From the human T2T-CHM13v2.0 reference genome, Homo sapiens: DNA of 64,000 bases. The notes below the pieces were generated by a model, which saw nothing but the letters and a program-made list of their open reading frames with translations, made no database searches and was not told the DNA's origin. Below are positions 24,566 to 38,640 of the stretch, piece by piece; within the stretch, counting starts at the first letter, position 1; every line of letters starts with the position of its first letter. The DNA lies in the NCBI GenBank assembly GCA_009914755.4, contig CP086569.2, positions 19,520,001 to 19,584,000 on the forward strand. Reading direction: 5' to 3'. Made by a program: the position numbers and the translations under genes.

Positions 24566-26149
24566 CTAAAGTAAAGACATTTTCATAATTTCAACGAGCC
24601 CTTAAAAATCAGGTAAAAAAAGAAAAAATGGGAAAAAAATAGATAGTTTGCAGCAAAAAACAAAATGTCAAACAAAGATGAACAAAATGTTAAACAAAGA
24701 TGAACAAAATTTTTATATGCTGAATAAACAAGAACAAAATTATAAATGCAAATTAATACAGCAGTGAAGCCATTCTTTCCCCTATAACACCACTAGATTA
24801 AAGCTTTGATAATGCTAATGTTGTCAAGGGAGTGGCTGTATGGGTACACTCATTTACTTTGGAAAGAAATTTGTCAATGCTTATATATATTCAACGTGCA
24901 GGTGCCCTTTAATGCGCTCATTCCACTTCTAGAAATTTACACAGCTGTACTTTCACAAGGTCACAAAGGGTGCACACTGCACGAAGGTTGCTTCTAATGG
25001 CCAAAAGCAAACAATGAAACACCTAACTCTCCATCAATAGGGGGTTAAATACGTTCTTTTAAAAATAATCATGAACTCCTTTCAGTGAGGGGATTACAGT
25101 TAGATTGTTCTATCACAGTCTGCATTTCCTCCTGGGATCACTTGACCTAAATTTGCAAACATTAACGTTCACTCTTGGTGATGTAAACTCTATGGGCTTT
25201 GACATTGGGTGTTTTCATTCTCTTAACAGTGTCTTCCACAGAAATGTTTTTAATTGCAATAAAGTCTAACTCATCTACTTTTTCATTTGATATGTCTCGC
25301 TTTTGGTGTTACAGCTCATCATGAAACCCAAGATCACATAGACTTTCTCCTGTTTTCATCTGGGTGTTTTATAGTTTTGCATTTCACATTTAGATCTAGA
25401 GTTCATTTCTGCGCACATGATTATCCAATTGTTCCAGCACCACTTGTTGAAAAGACTATCTTTCCTTTATTGAAATCCTTTTGCAACTTGGTAGAAAACA
25501 AGAAATCAATTGACCATATTTTTATTAATCAATTTCTGAACTTTCTAAGTCTGGCCCCATTGATGTATGTGCCTATTTGTTTGCAAAATGCAGATAAGAA
25601 TATGAGCTTCCAAAAAGCAAAAGACCAATGTCCAAATTTTCTTCCCTAATTCAAGTTCTGTGTGCATCATTTTCTCAAGTATCCTTATCTCTAAAAGCAA
25701 TTATTAGGAGTAGAAAAAATAGGTGACTAGAATCTAGGGGGAAATGTACCCTGGACATTCAACAACTTAGAAGCACCTGAGCATAGATATAGTCAGATAC
25801 GATAAGAACATAGGTTTCTGAGTCAGGGTTACAGACAACAGTTAGGTACAACATAACTTCCTACAGATTCTCTGTTGGTTAATTGGAAGCCAACAATTTT
25901 TAAAATAATTTTATTTTGCCAGGAGCTATTTTATTGTGAGCTAAAGTTCTACCCAAATTTTGTCACTGTGCTATCTGCCATGCCCGCTACTCAATGTTCT
26001 CTCACTTCTAGAAACTTTATTGGGATGCTAGGTAAAGCTGGTAAGGGCTGCTGACCAGATTTCTTTCTGAAATGGCGGCATTTAAAAAAACTGTAAAGGT
26101 AATAAAAATATTTTAAAAAATAATCTATCTATTCCAATTACATAGTCCT

Positions 26150-26161
26150 CCTTTCTTTTTC

Positions 26162-26233
<72 letters not shown>

Positions 26234-26358
26234 TCCCTTCCTTCCTTCCTTCCTTCCTTTCTTTCTCTTTCCTCTTTCTCTTTCTTCTCTTTCTTTCTTT
26301 TTCTCTTTTTCTCTTTCTTTCTTTTTTACTTTCTTTCTCCTTCCTTCCTTCCTTTCTG
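26150..26358. repeat. (TTTC)n/(TTCC)n tetranucleotide microsatellite of about 200 bp
   Basis: Long ctttctttc... run, contiguous with the rc tail of the antisense Alu at 26383. Confidence 0.95.
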
Positions 26359-26382
26359 AATTTCATTTCTTTTCTTTGTTGT

Positions 26383-26671
26383 TGTTTGGCATGGTGTCTA
26401 GCTCTGTCACCCATGCTGGATTGCAGTGCCATCATTTCAGTTCATGACACCCTTTACATTTCAGGTTCAAACAATTACCCTGCCTCAGCCTCCCAAGTAG
26501 CTGGGATTACATGCACTTGTCAACAGACCTGGCAAGTTTTTGTATTTTTAGTAAATAAAGGTTTTCATTATGTTGTCCAGGCTGATCTCAAACTCCTTAT
26601 CTTAAGTGATATACCCACTTTAGCCTTCCAAATTGCTGGGATTACTGGCAAGGACCATCATGCGTGGCCCG
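26383..26671 (-). mobile_element. Alu element, antisense
   Basis: The rc Alu runs from ...tctgtcacccatgctggattgcagtgcc to ...gctgggattactggcaaggaccatcatgcgtggcccg. Confidence 0.85.
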
Positions 26672-27214
26672 TAGATTGTTTCTTAATATCCCTTCAAGCC
26701 AGAAATTTCCTTTGGTAGTAAGAGTTAAGCAACAGATACCAGCCATGTACCTTAGAATTATGCTACCCTGTATGGTAGTCATTATGCACATGTAGTTTAT
26801 TAAGCATAGATTAAAAATTCAGTTATTCAGTCACACTAGCGATAGTTTTAAGGAAAGAAATAAAGGGAAATTGCATTCCTAGTCTCTGACAAAACAGATT
26901 TAAAATATTTTTACTTAGCCTTCCTAAGCCTCCTGACTGTGTAATTTTACCATCAGCTTTCACTGAAGGTAATTATTGCTTGATGAAGACTTAGTAGTGC
27001 CACTTTGTAAATTGTGCCTTGTTGTGATTTCTGATCACTTTTTTTTCTTTTCCTTCTCTCTTATTTAACTTTGCATTTGTGTGTTTGATGTTTTCCTGTA
27101 GTGGTATTTGCTAAACCATTTATATTTTCTGTGTAGTCGAAGTTCATGTAAAAACGTTTGAGGCACTATGTGGTGGTTGTAAGTTGATAATAACATCACT
27201 GAAATTGATTGCAT

Positions 27215-27770
27215 GTATATATATGCATGTATATAATATATATATAATATTTATATTTAATATTTGTGTGTAGATGTATATAATAATTTTATATAGTATA
27301 TATCTGTACATATATGTTATATATACCTGCATACTATATATACATTTTATATAGTATATGTGTGTATATATACCATAATATATATCATATATGTGTATGA
27401 ATAATATATAAAATATGTAATACATAATACAATAAATAGATATAGGTATGAATGTGTGTATATATGTTATATATAGTACATATTTGTTAATATAAAATAT
27501 AACATATCATATATAACATTGCATATAATATATACTGTATAACATTTAACATTTATAATATATAACATACAAAATATATATGTATTAAATATAACATACA
27601 TAATATATTTAAGCAATGAAAAGTGTATGTGTATATACCTATATATTATATAGCTTATATAATATATATTTCATATTATATATTAGATATTATATATATG
27701 CATACATAAGATATATATACACACATCTATACAGATATTTATTTATTTATTTTAAAATATGTAATTTTGT
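27215..27770. repeat. TA-rich low-complexity tract, degenerate (TATATG/TATAC)n
   Basis: About 550 bp of atatatgcatgtatataatatatat... motifs. Confidence 0.9.
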
Positions 27771-28593
27771 AATATGTATTCCTTGTCAAATTAAAGCAGC
27801 CATTATTGTTTGCAATCATTTTATCTCTTCACCTTCACATTAAAGATACACATTATTAACACACCTCCATTACAGTATCAAAATGTTCTTTATTTTACTG
27901 AGCGCTTTTATCAGAGCTTTATCCTTTCTTATGTTTTCATGTACTCATTTGTGTTTTTGTCTTCCAGCATGAACTCCTCCCTTATCATGGTTTATAAGAT
28001 AGGTCTTATGGCAATAAAATTCCTCCGATTTTGCTTATTTGGTAAACTTCATCTTTCCTTTATTTTGGAGAAAACTTGTCCTGGGTGCATTACTCTTATA
28101 GGCAGGATTTTTTTCTTCATATTACTATTAATATTTAAATGTTATCTCACTCACACATTAATTGCAGTGTCTCTTCTGACAAATCTGCTAGCTGTTGACG
28201 AATGTCATGTAGGTGATTTTATTTTTTGTGATGTGTGTGTGTGTGTGTGTGTGTTTCTGCTTTCAAGACTGGCTCTTGTGTTTGTTTGTTTGTTTTTAAT
28301 TTTGAAAGCTTCACTACAAAATATTTTAGTGTCATTTTGTACAAGTCAGTCTGGTTGGAAAAGTCTGACCTTTGTATGTCTAAATACTTACATGTTTATT
28401 CCGGTTTGGAAAGCCCTCTGCTATCATTTAAAAACTGTTATTTCTACCTTTTTTTTTCTTGTTTTGTTATTCTGGTGATGAGCAACATTACTGTCTTTAT
28501 GCTGTTTCATAAGCTCTCTTTTTCTTCTTTTATACTACAGTTTTCTGCTGAGACTCTGTATTTTGAAATGACTTGTGGTTTACTTCCCAGAAT

Positions 28594-28594
28594 G

Positions 28595-28637
<43 letters not shown>
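28594..28637. repeat. (GT)n microsatellite. Related shorter (TG)n runs are at 28224-28252 and (TG)n(TA)n at 29452-29510
   Basis: Visible directly. Confidence 0.95.
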
Positions 28638-28638
<1 letters not shown>

Positions 28639-29448
28639 CAGATCAAATTTGTCATTGATGCTCTTTTTTATTTTAATATTTGTAAAATATATTTTAGCTT
28701 CTGTTTTTTGTTTGTTTGTTTTTTCATCATTATTATGCCAGGGTAGGTCTGGCATCTTTCAGTAGAGGTACCAGTCTGCAGGCCTAGCCCCTGAGAGCCT
28801 TCTCGGTGCTCTGTGGTATGCCGATGTTAGGATTTAAGGAAAGTTTGGTTATCATTTTCGTCTCCTCCAATCAGTCATTTTCTCTCTCTGCACTTTGCTA
28901 ACAGGTTATTGGAAGGATGACATGCCTAGTATAAAACTCCCATTGCTCTCCTTTTTAATAATGTCTTTTCTTACTGTGTTACCATCCGGTACTGCTATCA
29001 CCCATCTGGTTTCAGTCTTATGTATGAGCATATGTTTTCAATTGTGGGTATTTGTTCATATTGATTATTCTATCAGTGGGTGGTGATTACTGAAGTTTTG
29101 CATTTCCCATTCCTTCTCCTTGCCTCTCCTCAACCTTTTACTTCATGTTGAAATTATACATGTGTTTATCAATTTATAAATCTTGATACCGTTCTTTTCT
29201 TATGATGGTTGTAAATTTTCTAGTTCTGTAATATCTGTGCTCCTCAATATTTTGTTATGAATATAGTTTTCTGACAGAATACAGCCTGACAGCCATTATT
29301 ATTAGAGAAAGTTATGAAATGCCCAGCTGCGTAAATATTGTACAATGTGTCCCTTAGTGTGGATGGAGATTTGGTTACTGCATTAATCTTATATGTATTA
29401 TTATTATAATATGCTTGTGACCTTTTAGGCTTTATAAATTCTGTTTTT

Positions 29449-29510
<62 letters not shown>

Positions 29511-31372
29511 TTCAAGTTGTATAAATCTTAAATGCTACTCAATATGAACTTATTGGTGAGGAGTGCCTATGTTGTGCAGTTTTCCTGAAGACTAATGCAT
29601 ATTCTTATTGTCAGCCCACCTATATTGTACATGTACAGAAATTAGTTGGCAGTATACTACCTATGTATTTTTTATACCTTAAAACTTGCATGTATCAACT
29701 TTACCTTTCCCTTTTTTTGTGAGATGCAAGCATCTAGGATTTATAAAAATATATTCTCTTCCATTGTAAGAAAATTTATGTGATCAACCTAGTTCTCATT
29801 CTCACCTAGAATTTAATGGAACTAGAGACTTACAAACCTTTTTTTTCCCCATATGATTACATTGTTTTTGCTGCCAATGTGAATGCATATATTATTGAAT
29901 ATATATATTAGCTGACAATTCACATTAGTAATTTTTTTGTTCTGGAGTATAAAATGCAAACTCTGAACTGCAAGATCTGTGCTAATTTTCTTTGCTGGGT
30001 ATGAATGCATTGTGGCCTGGTTTGAAAACTCCCAAAATTTCCCTCTTTGACCATGGATGTATTTATTCCACTATGATAAAACTCTTTAGAAGTTTAGCTT
30101 GTAAGGAAATCCTTTTGAGTAAATACATTTATATATGTTGATGGGTTTTTTGGCTGTATTAATATGGGATGGCGTTTAACATTGGATAAAAATAAATTTC
30201 TGAGATATCAATTTTTTCTTGTTTGAATGTATATATATATAATGCATATATGCATACATATTTGAAAATGTATATAAAGAAAAGTAACAGCACACACACA
30301 CACAAACACAATCTCCTTTCCTTGACCATGGAAACCATGTGCTCACTATGTCAAACCAGTCTCTTTCTTGGATATGGGTGTGCATTTCACATAAAAATTT
30401 TCCAGCCTGTTTAAATTTACGTGTAAATGCAGCATGTCTACATTCTTTTTTTGTTCTTTCTTAACATTTTTATTTTCTTTTCAATACCAATATCACATGT
30501 CGTTGTTTGTTACATGGAATTATTGCGTGATAGTGGGTTATGCAGTGTGGATTTCATCACCCAGCTAGTGAGCATGGTATCCAATAGGTAGCTTTTTAGC
30601 TCACTTCATTTTTTTTATTCTGTACATTTCCATAGTGTCTGCTGTTTCCATATTTATATGAATGTGTTTCAATTCTCATCTTCTGCTTATAAATGAAAAC
30701 GTGGTATTTTTTTCTTTTCCTGTAATAAATATGGCCTCTGTCTGCATCCATGTTGCTATAAATGTAATCATTTCATTCTGTTTTATTGCTGCATAGTATT
30801 CCTTTGTGCATAGATACATTTTTTACATCCCATCTACCACTGATGAACTGAATACTAGTTTTCTTTATCCACTCCACCTAGGTTGACTCCATGTTTTTGC
30901 AAATTTGTGGAGTGCTGCATTAAAGGTTTGAAAGCATTTGTGTTTTTGTTGGGATAATGTATTTTTCATTTCTGGACATATATCAATGATAGAATTTCTG
31001 TGTGGAATGTTAGCTTCATTTTAAGTTATTTGATAAATCTTCATCATGCTTTTTTAAGTAGCTGAACTCTTCTGCATTCTCATCAGCAATGGAGAAGCAT
31101 TTTTAATTCTCTGCAGCTTCATTAGCACCTGTGTTTTGTAAAATTTTTTGACTCTTAAATAACAGGCATTCTGACTGTTGTGAGATGGAATATAATTGTG
31201 GTTTGGATTTGCATTCATGAATAAATTAATCATCTGCATTCATGAATAAATAAATCAATATTTTATCAGATATTTATTAGCCATTTTCATGTTGTTTAGA
31301 GAAAGGTCTGTTCATTAATTTAAGTACTTTTAATAGTTATTTGTTTTTTGCTTGTTGATGTGTTAGTTTCCT

Positions 31373-31975
31373 GTAGATGCTGAATTTTAGACTCTGTTGG
31401 TGCAGCTGGGAAATATCTTCTCTTGTTCTTAGGTTTTCTGTTTGCTCCACACTAATCTTGATGATAATTGGCTCAATTTTACAATACCTTCCTAAAAAAA
31501 ATAGAGCATTCTGTGCTTGTCAGGCCTCTGAGCCCAAGCCAAGCCATGCATCCCCTGTGACCTGCACGTATACGCCCAGATGGCCTGAAGTAAGTAACTG
31601 AAGAATCACAAAAGAAGTGAATATGTTCTGCCCCACCTTAACTGATGACATTCCACCACAAAAGAAGTGTAAATGGCTGGTCCTTGCCGTAACTGATGAC
31701 ATTACCTTGTGAAAGTCCTTTTCCTGGCTCATTCTGGCTCAAAAAGCACGCCCACCGAGCACCTTGCGACCCCTACTCCTGCCCGCCAGAGAACAAACCC
31801 CTTTGACTGTAATTTTCCTTTACCTACACAAATCGTATAAAACGGTCCCACCCTTATCTCCCTTGGCTGACTCTCTTTTTGGACTCAGCCCACCTGCACC
31901 CAGGCGATTAAAAGCTTTATTGCTCACACAAAGCCTGTTTGGTGGTCTCTTCACACGGATGCACATGAAAGTGCT
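31373..31975 (+). repeat. Solo LTR, LTR12/HERV9-LTR-like, probably truncated
   Basis: Internal tandem repeats (ctgatgacattccaccacaaaagaagtg / ctgatgacattaccttgtgaaag) and the 3' end ...attaaaagctttattgctcacacaaagcctgtttggtggtctcttcacacggatgcacatgaaa, which is typical of the LTR12 terminus. No internal ERV sequence follows. Confidence 0.55.
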
Positions 31976-33814
31976 CATTTTACAAAGATAATGGATTCGC
32001 TCCTGTAACATGCCTGGCTTCTCTGTAAATTGATAAAAGCTTATATTTATATCCATATAGGCCTTTTCTTCCACATTGGACAGAGATGTCCTTGCTCACT
32101 TTGTAAATTCTGTGCTACACATGCATAGGTATTACCATAAGCCTGTAGGTTGCATAAATCCTGGTTGCTCAGTTTTATTATGATTATGATTATTCTTCTT
32201 TAACAAGGATGCATAGTGTCAGGTAATTCAAACCTAGCTTTGTTCTAACTTTGATGTAAATCAAAGTTTCTCGATTGTATACAGTTAGGAAGAATATTTC
32301 CAATGTCTGCAAGAATACTCACATACCTTGGTTATTTTGCACACAAAGTAACCCGTGTGTTACAGAAACATTGGCCACTTGTTTCTTTATAAAACTGTAC
32401 ATCTCTCCTAAAAGAATATTGAAAGCTGCTTGAAGGGAAATGCATTCTTTTTACCTTTATACCTGCTGTCTTTGACCGTCACTGAAAATCAACACAAGCT
32501 TCCTGGCTGTATGCAAACTGAACTCTTTATTTCCTTGTCCTAGATTTAGAACTTTCTGATAAGTTCTGGGTTAATCCTACCAGGTCACTAATGTGAGCTT
32601 CTTGTTTGTGAATGAACAGACACATATACACACATTTGAATTTTTAAAATTTTTGCATATGAATAAGAAAGCTTAGGAGCGATCTTCTGAATTCTAGTTT
32701 TTTGGAACTGAGATGCTAAATTTAAATTTGTATGAACAATGGCCTTTCCTTTCTCTCAGATAGATGAAAGCTTTTGAGACATTTTTTGAGACATTTATCC
32801 CTCTCCAACATATACATATATATATTTTTTGAGGCAGGGTCCCATTTTGTTACCCACTATATAAGTTCATGTCAATATAAAAATCCAAGTAGGTCAGTGT
32901 TCCTATATTATATTTATGTATACATATATACATATGTGTCTGTGTGTACTTATGTATGTATGCAATGTAAAGAAGAATACTTACAGCTAACTTTACACAC
33001 TATATTCAATGTAGACATGCTAGGCTTTATAAATCACATAGATAAATGCTATATTCTTGGAATGAAAAGTGTGGTGTTTGTACCTACCAGTCATTTTCAT
33101 TACAAGTAGGAACACTTTCATAAGGCTAGGGCTTAATAGAACAAAAAAATTCATATTTAGGAATGAGAAGAAATGGTGCCAGAAAACAAAAATGGTACTC
33201 ACTATGGAAAAAGTATAATCAGCTGCACTGAAAAACCTCAAACACAAACAAAGAATTACAAAAATACATCAAAATATCAAAGAGGTAAGCTCATTTATCT
33301 TGCTCTTTTGGGACAGGGCAAGCTCATTTGTATTCAGGACAGTAGGACACAGGCTTTATGCAGTAAGGATCTTACACCCATGGCAACTAAAAAATTCACA
33401 GAAGAGCATACGGGTCTACAGCCAGAGCTCATATATATGTAACAATACTTTTTCAAACAAAGGATTGGATGTTTACTACAGAAATAAGATGTCAAAATTC
33501 AGTTTTTGCTACATAATTACTGATTACTTGACCTGATATGAGCATGCCCCATGCCTGTGTAAACTCTGCCTTCCACTTGTCATTAAGGTAAGTAAGCTGT
33601 AGCTTTCAAAGCTCAGACCTTCTTTGTATATGAGTGACATGCTTCAAACAACCCAAACACTCTTAACTTAATCAAAATCAAAAACAAAAACAACAACAAA
33701 AAAATTCTCCAGGTTTATATTTGAGAGTTTTTAACCTTAAAAATAAAAGTTAGTTCAGGTAATATGTCAGCAAGAAGGTCTTATTTATATCCCTACTCTC
33801 CTGTTATGAATTAT

Positions 33815-34665
33815 AATTGGCTGACCAAGTGGGCGAAGGATATGAACAGACACTTCTCAAAAGAAGACATTTATGCAGCCAAAAGACACATGAAAAAATG
33901 CTCATCATCACTGGCCCTCAGAGAAATGCAAATACAAACCACAATGAGATACCATCTCATACCAGTTAGAATGGTGATCATTAAAAAGTCAGGAAACAAC
34001 AGGTGCTGGAGAGGATGTGGAGTAATAGGAACACTTTTACAGTGTTGGTGGGACTGTAACCTAGTTCCAACATTGTGGAAGTCAGTGTGGTGATTCTTCG
34101 GGGATCTAGAATTAGAAACACCATTTGACCCAGCAATCATATTACTGGGTATATACCCAAAGGATTATAAATCATGCTTGTATAAGGAAACATGCACATG
34201 TATGTTTATTGTGGCACTATTCACAATAGGAAAGACTTGGAACCAACCCAAATGTCAAACAATGGTAGACTGGATGAAGAAAATGTGGCACATATACACC
34301 ATGGAATACTATGCAGCTGTAAAAAATGATGAGTTCATGTCCTTTGTAGGGACATGGATGAAGCTGGAAACCATAATTCTCAGCAAACTATCACAAGGAC
34401 AAAAACCACACACTGCATGTTCTCACTCATAGGCGGGAATTGAACAATGAGAACAAATGGACACAGGAAGGGGAACTTCACATACCGGGGCCTGTTGTGG
34501 GGTTGGGAGAGTGGGAAGGGATAGCATTTGGAGATATACCTAATGTTAAATGATGAGTTACTGGGTTCAGCACACCAACGTGGCACATGTATACATATGT
34601 AACTAACCTGCATGTTGTGCACATGTACCCTAAAACTTAAAGTATAATAATAAAAAAATTGCTGA
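33815..34665 (+). mobile_element. L1 3' end fragment (ORF2 C-terminus plus 3' UTR plus A-rich tail), sense
   Basis: The ORF reads ...[79 protein letters not shown].... The 3' UTR follows, ending gtaccctaaaacttaaagtataataataaaaaaa. Confidence 0.9.
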
Positions 34666-35226
34666 CCTCATAATTGAAAAAGAATCTTTTGTTGAATACC
34701 TAGTGAGATCTCTGATTATGTAATCTTAGCTGTATTTCTGGCATTTTTGATAACTTTCTCATGCTAAATACCTGGCTTTTAAAATTTCAAACTTCATCAA
34801 CTTAGATAGGGATAAGAACTTCCTGGCTTTACATAAGCTTGATGGCTTTCTTGGGGTGGATCTGTGGTCATGGGCTGTATGTGGTCTTCCTGGCTTTGCC
34901 AATCTTCACACTTCTCCTTGATTTAAAAGATAACTGTCAGAGCTGTACAAACAATAGACTGCTATTTTATTGAATATTGAATTCTACTTTCTGATTGAGA
35001 AACCCTGGACCCTCTATTTTAAAGATATAAATATAACAATTGAGATTTATAAATTATAGACTAGCTTTTTGGATAGGAGCATGTCTATGCTTTTATCTCT
35101 TTCCTGTGGACATAGATTGACCATTTAAATACAACCCAAACTCTTCCTTTTTGATAAAGAAGTATTATCTGTAAATATACAGAAAGTGCAGTTCTGGACT
35201 ATGGATGCAACTTCCGATCTGTGTAA

Positions 35227-35602
<376 letters not shown>

Positions 35603-36143
35603 CTGTAACAGCCTATTATAAAATGTGGTGTTGGGTTTATCCAAAGCTGTGTGTTCTTTTTGGCCTGGATATAGCTACAACATTTCCAGCTCTCTAAACT
35701 CTAACCTCCCTTACATGCTCTTTAAAGTATAAATATTGCTATATCAGAAGCAGGCAAACTGTGATCTCTTAACCGTCTTTAACCAACTGTGGTGGGGGCT
35801 TACTATGAGCAGAGAGAGACTTATCATAGAGTAACAGTTCAGAGCAAGAGCTTTGGCGTCAGACTTGGGCTTGAGTGCAAGCTTCACAGTCAACTGTGAC
35901 CTGAGAAGGGAGAAGAGTGAGCCCTTCCCAGTTGTTTTAGATGATATTGCTAGTATGGTAGCCTGCATATGGCTAAATGCTCAGCCATGTAAACAAAAGT
36001 CTTATTATTAAGTTTTCCCTGGGGCTATATATTTTACTTCAGCTAAATGCTGATATTCATAGAATCGTGTAGAAGAATAGGTAGGTATAAAGAAATGCAA
36101 TGGTGCATTTATATTTTACAGAGTTCTTGAGGCTCTTGAGATT

Positions 36144-36769
36144 AATGGTGGCAGTAAATTCATCACTTTTTAAAGTAATTCTCCTTGGAGATGGTGAATT
36201 GGGAGGTGAAGTTGGGAGAAATTCACTTATAAATAGATTTTTAACTAATAAGTTTGATATAGAGCTATTTAAGACAATAGATGTGAAATTTTTAAATAAG
36301 ATTTGGAAGTGGATAAACATTTTGGTGCCACGCAGATTTGGGACATGTCAGGTCAGGAGTGATTCTAAAGCCTGAGGACATCATTTTACAGAGATTCTGT
36401 CTGCCGCCTGCTTACTTTTGTTATCGATGATTCACAAAGCTTCCAGAACTTTAGTAACTGGAAGAAAGAATTCATATATTATACAAATGTGGAAGAACAA
36501 GAGAGCTTTCCTTCTGTGGTTCTGAATAACAAGACTGACATAAACAAACAGCAGGTGTCTGCAAAATAAACCCAAGCTTGTGCATGGATGACGGCTATTA
36601 TTTTTACTTTGAAACAAGTGCAAAAGGTGCCACAAGTGCAGCAGCAGCCTTTGAGGAGGCGGTTTGAAGAGTTCCTGTGAACAAGGTTTGTTGGATCAGT
36701 TGACACACACAGACACAGTCAATCTTCATTGAAAGCCCAGGACTAGCTCATCTTGCCGTGAATTTTTAG
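36144..36769 (+). pseudogene. RAB9A: RAB9A-like pseudogene: full-length CDS homolog with frameshifts and stops
   Basis: The translation [52 protein letters not shown] matches RAB9A [47 protein letters not shown]. After a frameshift it reads DLEVDKHFGATQIWDMSGQE*F. The C-terminal part reads ...TDTVNLH*KPRTSSSC, against IQTDTVNLHRKPKPSSSCC, and a TAG sits at 36767. Confidence 0.85.
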
Positions 36770-37329
36770 AGGTTGTTGATGCATTCTAATCAACTCACAG
36801 GTATACACAAAATCACCATGGGGATAAAAAAAGAATTAGCGTTTGCAGCAGTGTATCATCTACTAATAAAATTCAAAGAATAGATTGTCCTTCTATATTA
36901 GCTGGTGGGAGAAGGGACACAGCCACTCATGGAAGAACATATTTTCTCAATAATGACACTTTACATCTATAAAGTTGTATTAAAATTGTAATGTTTTCAA
37001 GAACATTTCTTTGATTTACATATATAGATTACAGATCTCAGAAATGAGATAACCAAGACTAATTATAATTAAAATAAGAAACTTGACTACTCTAGAAGTT
37101 ATACCTGAATTTTTTTCTTGGGAAAATGTAGTACTACTTTTTACATATACAAGATTTTATGCAATTAGCATTGCATTCTTGGTTCAAGGAAATAATTTCC
37201 TAAAGCAAAAATGTTAGATATTGAAGACTAAAATCTAATGTATTTTCAGTAGATTGTTACTTCATTTACTTCATCACTCTCTTCAAAATTACTTAACCTT
37301 CCCTATTTTTATTCTACATTTCATTAGAA

Positions 37330-37690
37330 TTACTCTCACTAGTAATTACGTAACACTTCTGTGCCATGAATGCACCTCTACCCCCATAGATCATGTTCCA
37401 CAGCTCCAGGAGAAGGGTGGGCCCCCAGTGTACAAGAGTTGCTTCATACATTTAGTCATACATCCAGCTAAACTTGGGCTATCCATGAGTGGAAATCATT
37501 TCCATAGACACAGTTCAGTTTTAAGAAAAAAGCTAACTACTGAACTTAGAGAACAGACAAGCGTGCATTTGATAACTGATGTACCAATTACAATGTGCTG
37601 TGTGGAGGATACAAAATTACACTTCCACTAATGGACTAGTTAATATTTATGTTGCTTTCTTTAACCTTAGGGAAAGCCTCCTAGTTGCAG
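37330..37690. repeat. Direct repeat pair, member 1 (about 350 bp, about 70% identical to 38230-38640). Unclassified interspersed repeat or local duplication
   Basis: Alignable blocks ...ccatagat..gtcctccata...aagggtgg.gcccc.gtgtaca.gagttgct.catac...gtcatacatccagc...ctaactactgaact.agagaacagacaa..g.gc.tt...tacaaaatt.ca.ttcca.taatggacta..taatattt.tgtt.ctttctt.accttagggaaag. Confidence 0.6.
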
Positions 37691-38229
37691 TTAAACTATT
37701 GTTTTTTAACATAAGACACAGGCTAACCTTATGTCTCCCGAGAAAATACTAAGGATTGTACTTTGTCAGAAGGTACATAAAGACAACTTTATTCAGCTGT
37801 GTATTTACTTAGTATCTTATCTATCACTGAACATTGTTTAGTTATTTATCTCAGGAATTTTTGTTGTTGTTGTTCTTCCAAAGAGACTCGCTCCAATGAT
37901 CATACTTGTTGAAGCAAATTGTGGTCTTTCATAGATGAAGTTCATATGCTGTGCAGTTGGTGACTCTCTGATTCTACGGAGGCTAACTGAAGCCTAGCCT
38001 AAGTGTGAATGAGACCCTCAACTGGGGAATGATGGGGATATCAAAGAACACTCTGGGTGAGGGCAGCTGGCTGTCATATAGGGAAAGGGTTTTTAAAAAA
38101 TTACATTGAAACATTTCTCTTCTTGGCTCCACCCACTGGGAATCAATGTAAAAACATTCTGGTAAGCTAAGTTTTTTAAAGTCTAATATCCTAAAATAAG
38201 GGTCGAATTTGCCATCTGAAAACATTTTA

Positions 38230-38640
38230 TGGAAAATACAATAGAAGTTTGCTGGAGAACAAAGCAGGCGGTGAGTGTGCAGCTGGAGTGGAGATAAGCT
38301 GCTGCAGAGCCTCTCTAGACAAAAGAGCCATAGATTGTCCTCCATACTTTGATGAAAGGGTGGAGCCCTGTGATACAGGAGTTGCTCCATACGGTCTGTC
38401 ATACATCCAGCGAGGTTCGAGCTATGAATGAAAGCTTTTCCCTTGAGAGAGATTAGGATTTTTTTTTAAGGCTAACTACTGAACTTTGAGAACAGACAAA
38501 TGAGCTTTGCATTATTGATGCAACGTGCTGTTCAGAGGGTACAAAATTCCAAATTCATTAATGGACTAAATATTTTTGTTACTTTTCTTCCTTAGGGAGA
38601 GATTCCTAGTTGAAGTTAAAACATTCCTACTCTTTCTTGT
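38230..38640. repeat. Direct repeat pair, member 2
   Basis: See 37330-37690. Confidence 0.6.

Noticed and set aside
26082-26435. 117-aa minus-strand ORF with (KERK)n repeats
   Set aside because: Direct translation artefact of the (TTTC)n microsatellite
27810-28765. Long ORFs (222 aa and 176 aa) rich in F/L/I/C
   Set aside because: They lie in a TA-rich low-complexity region flanked by (TG)n and (GT)n runs. Composition-driven stop-codon depletion explains them, and there is no domain-like sequence
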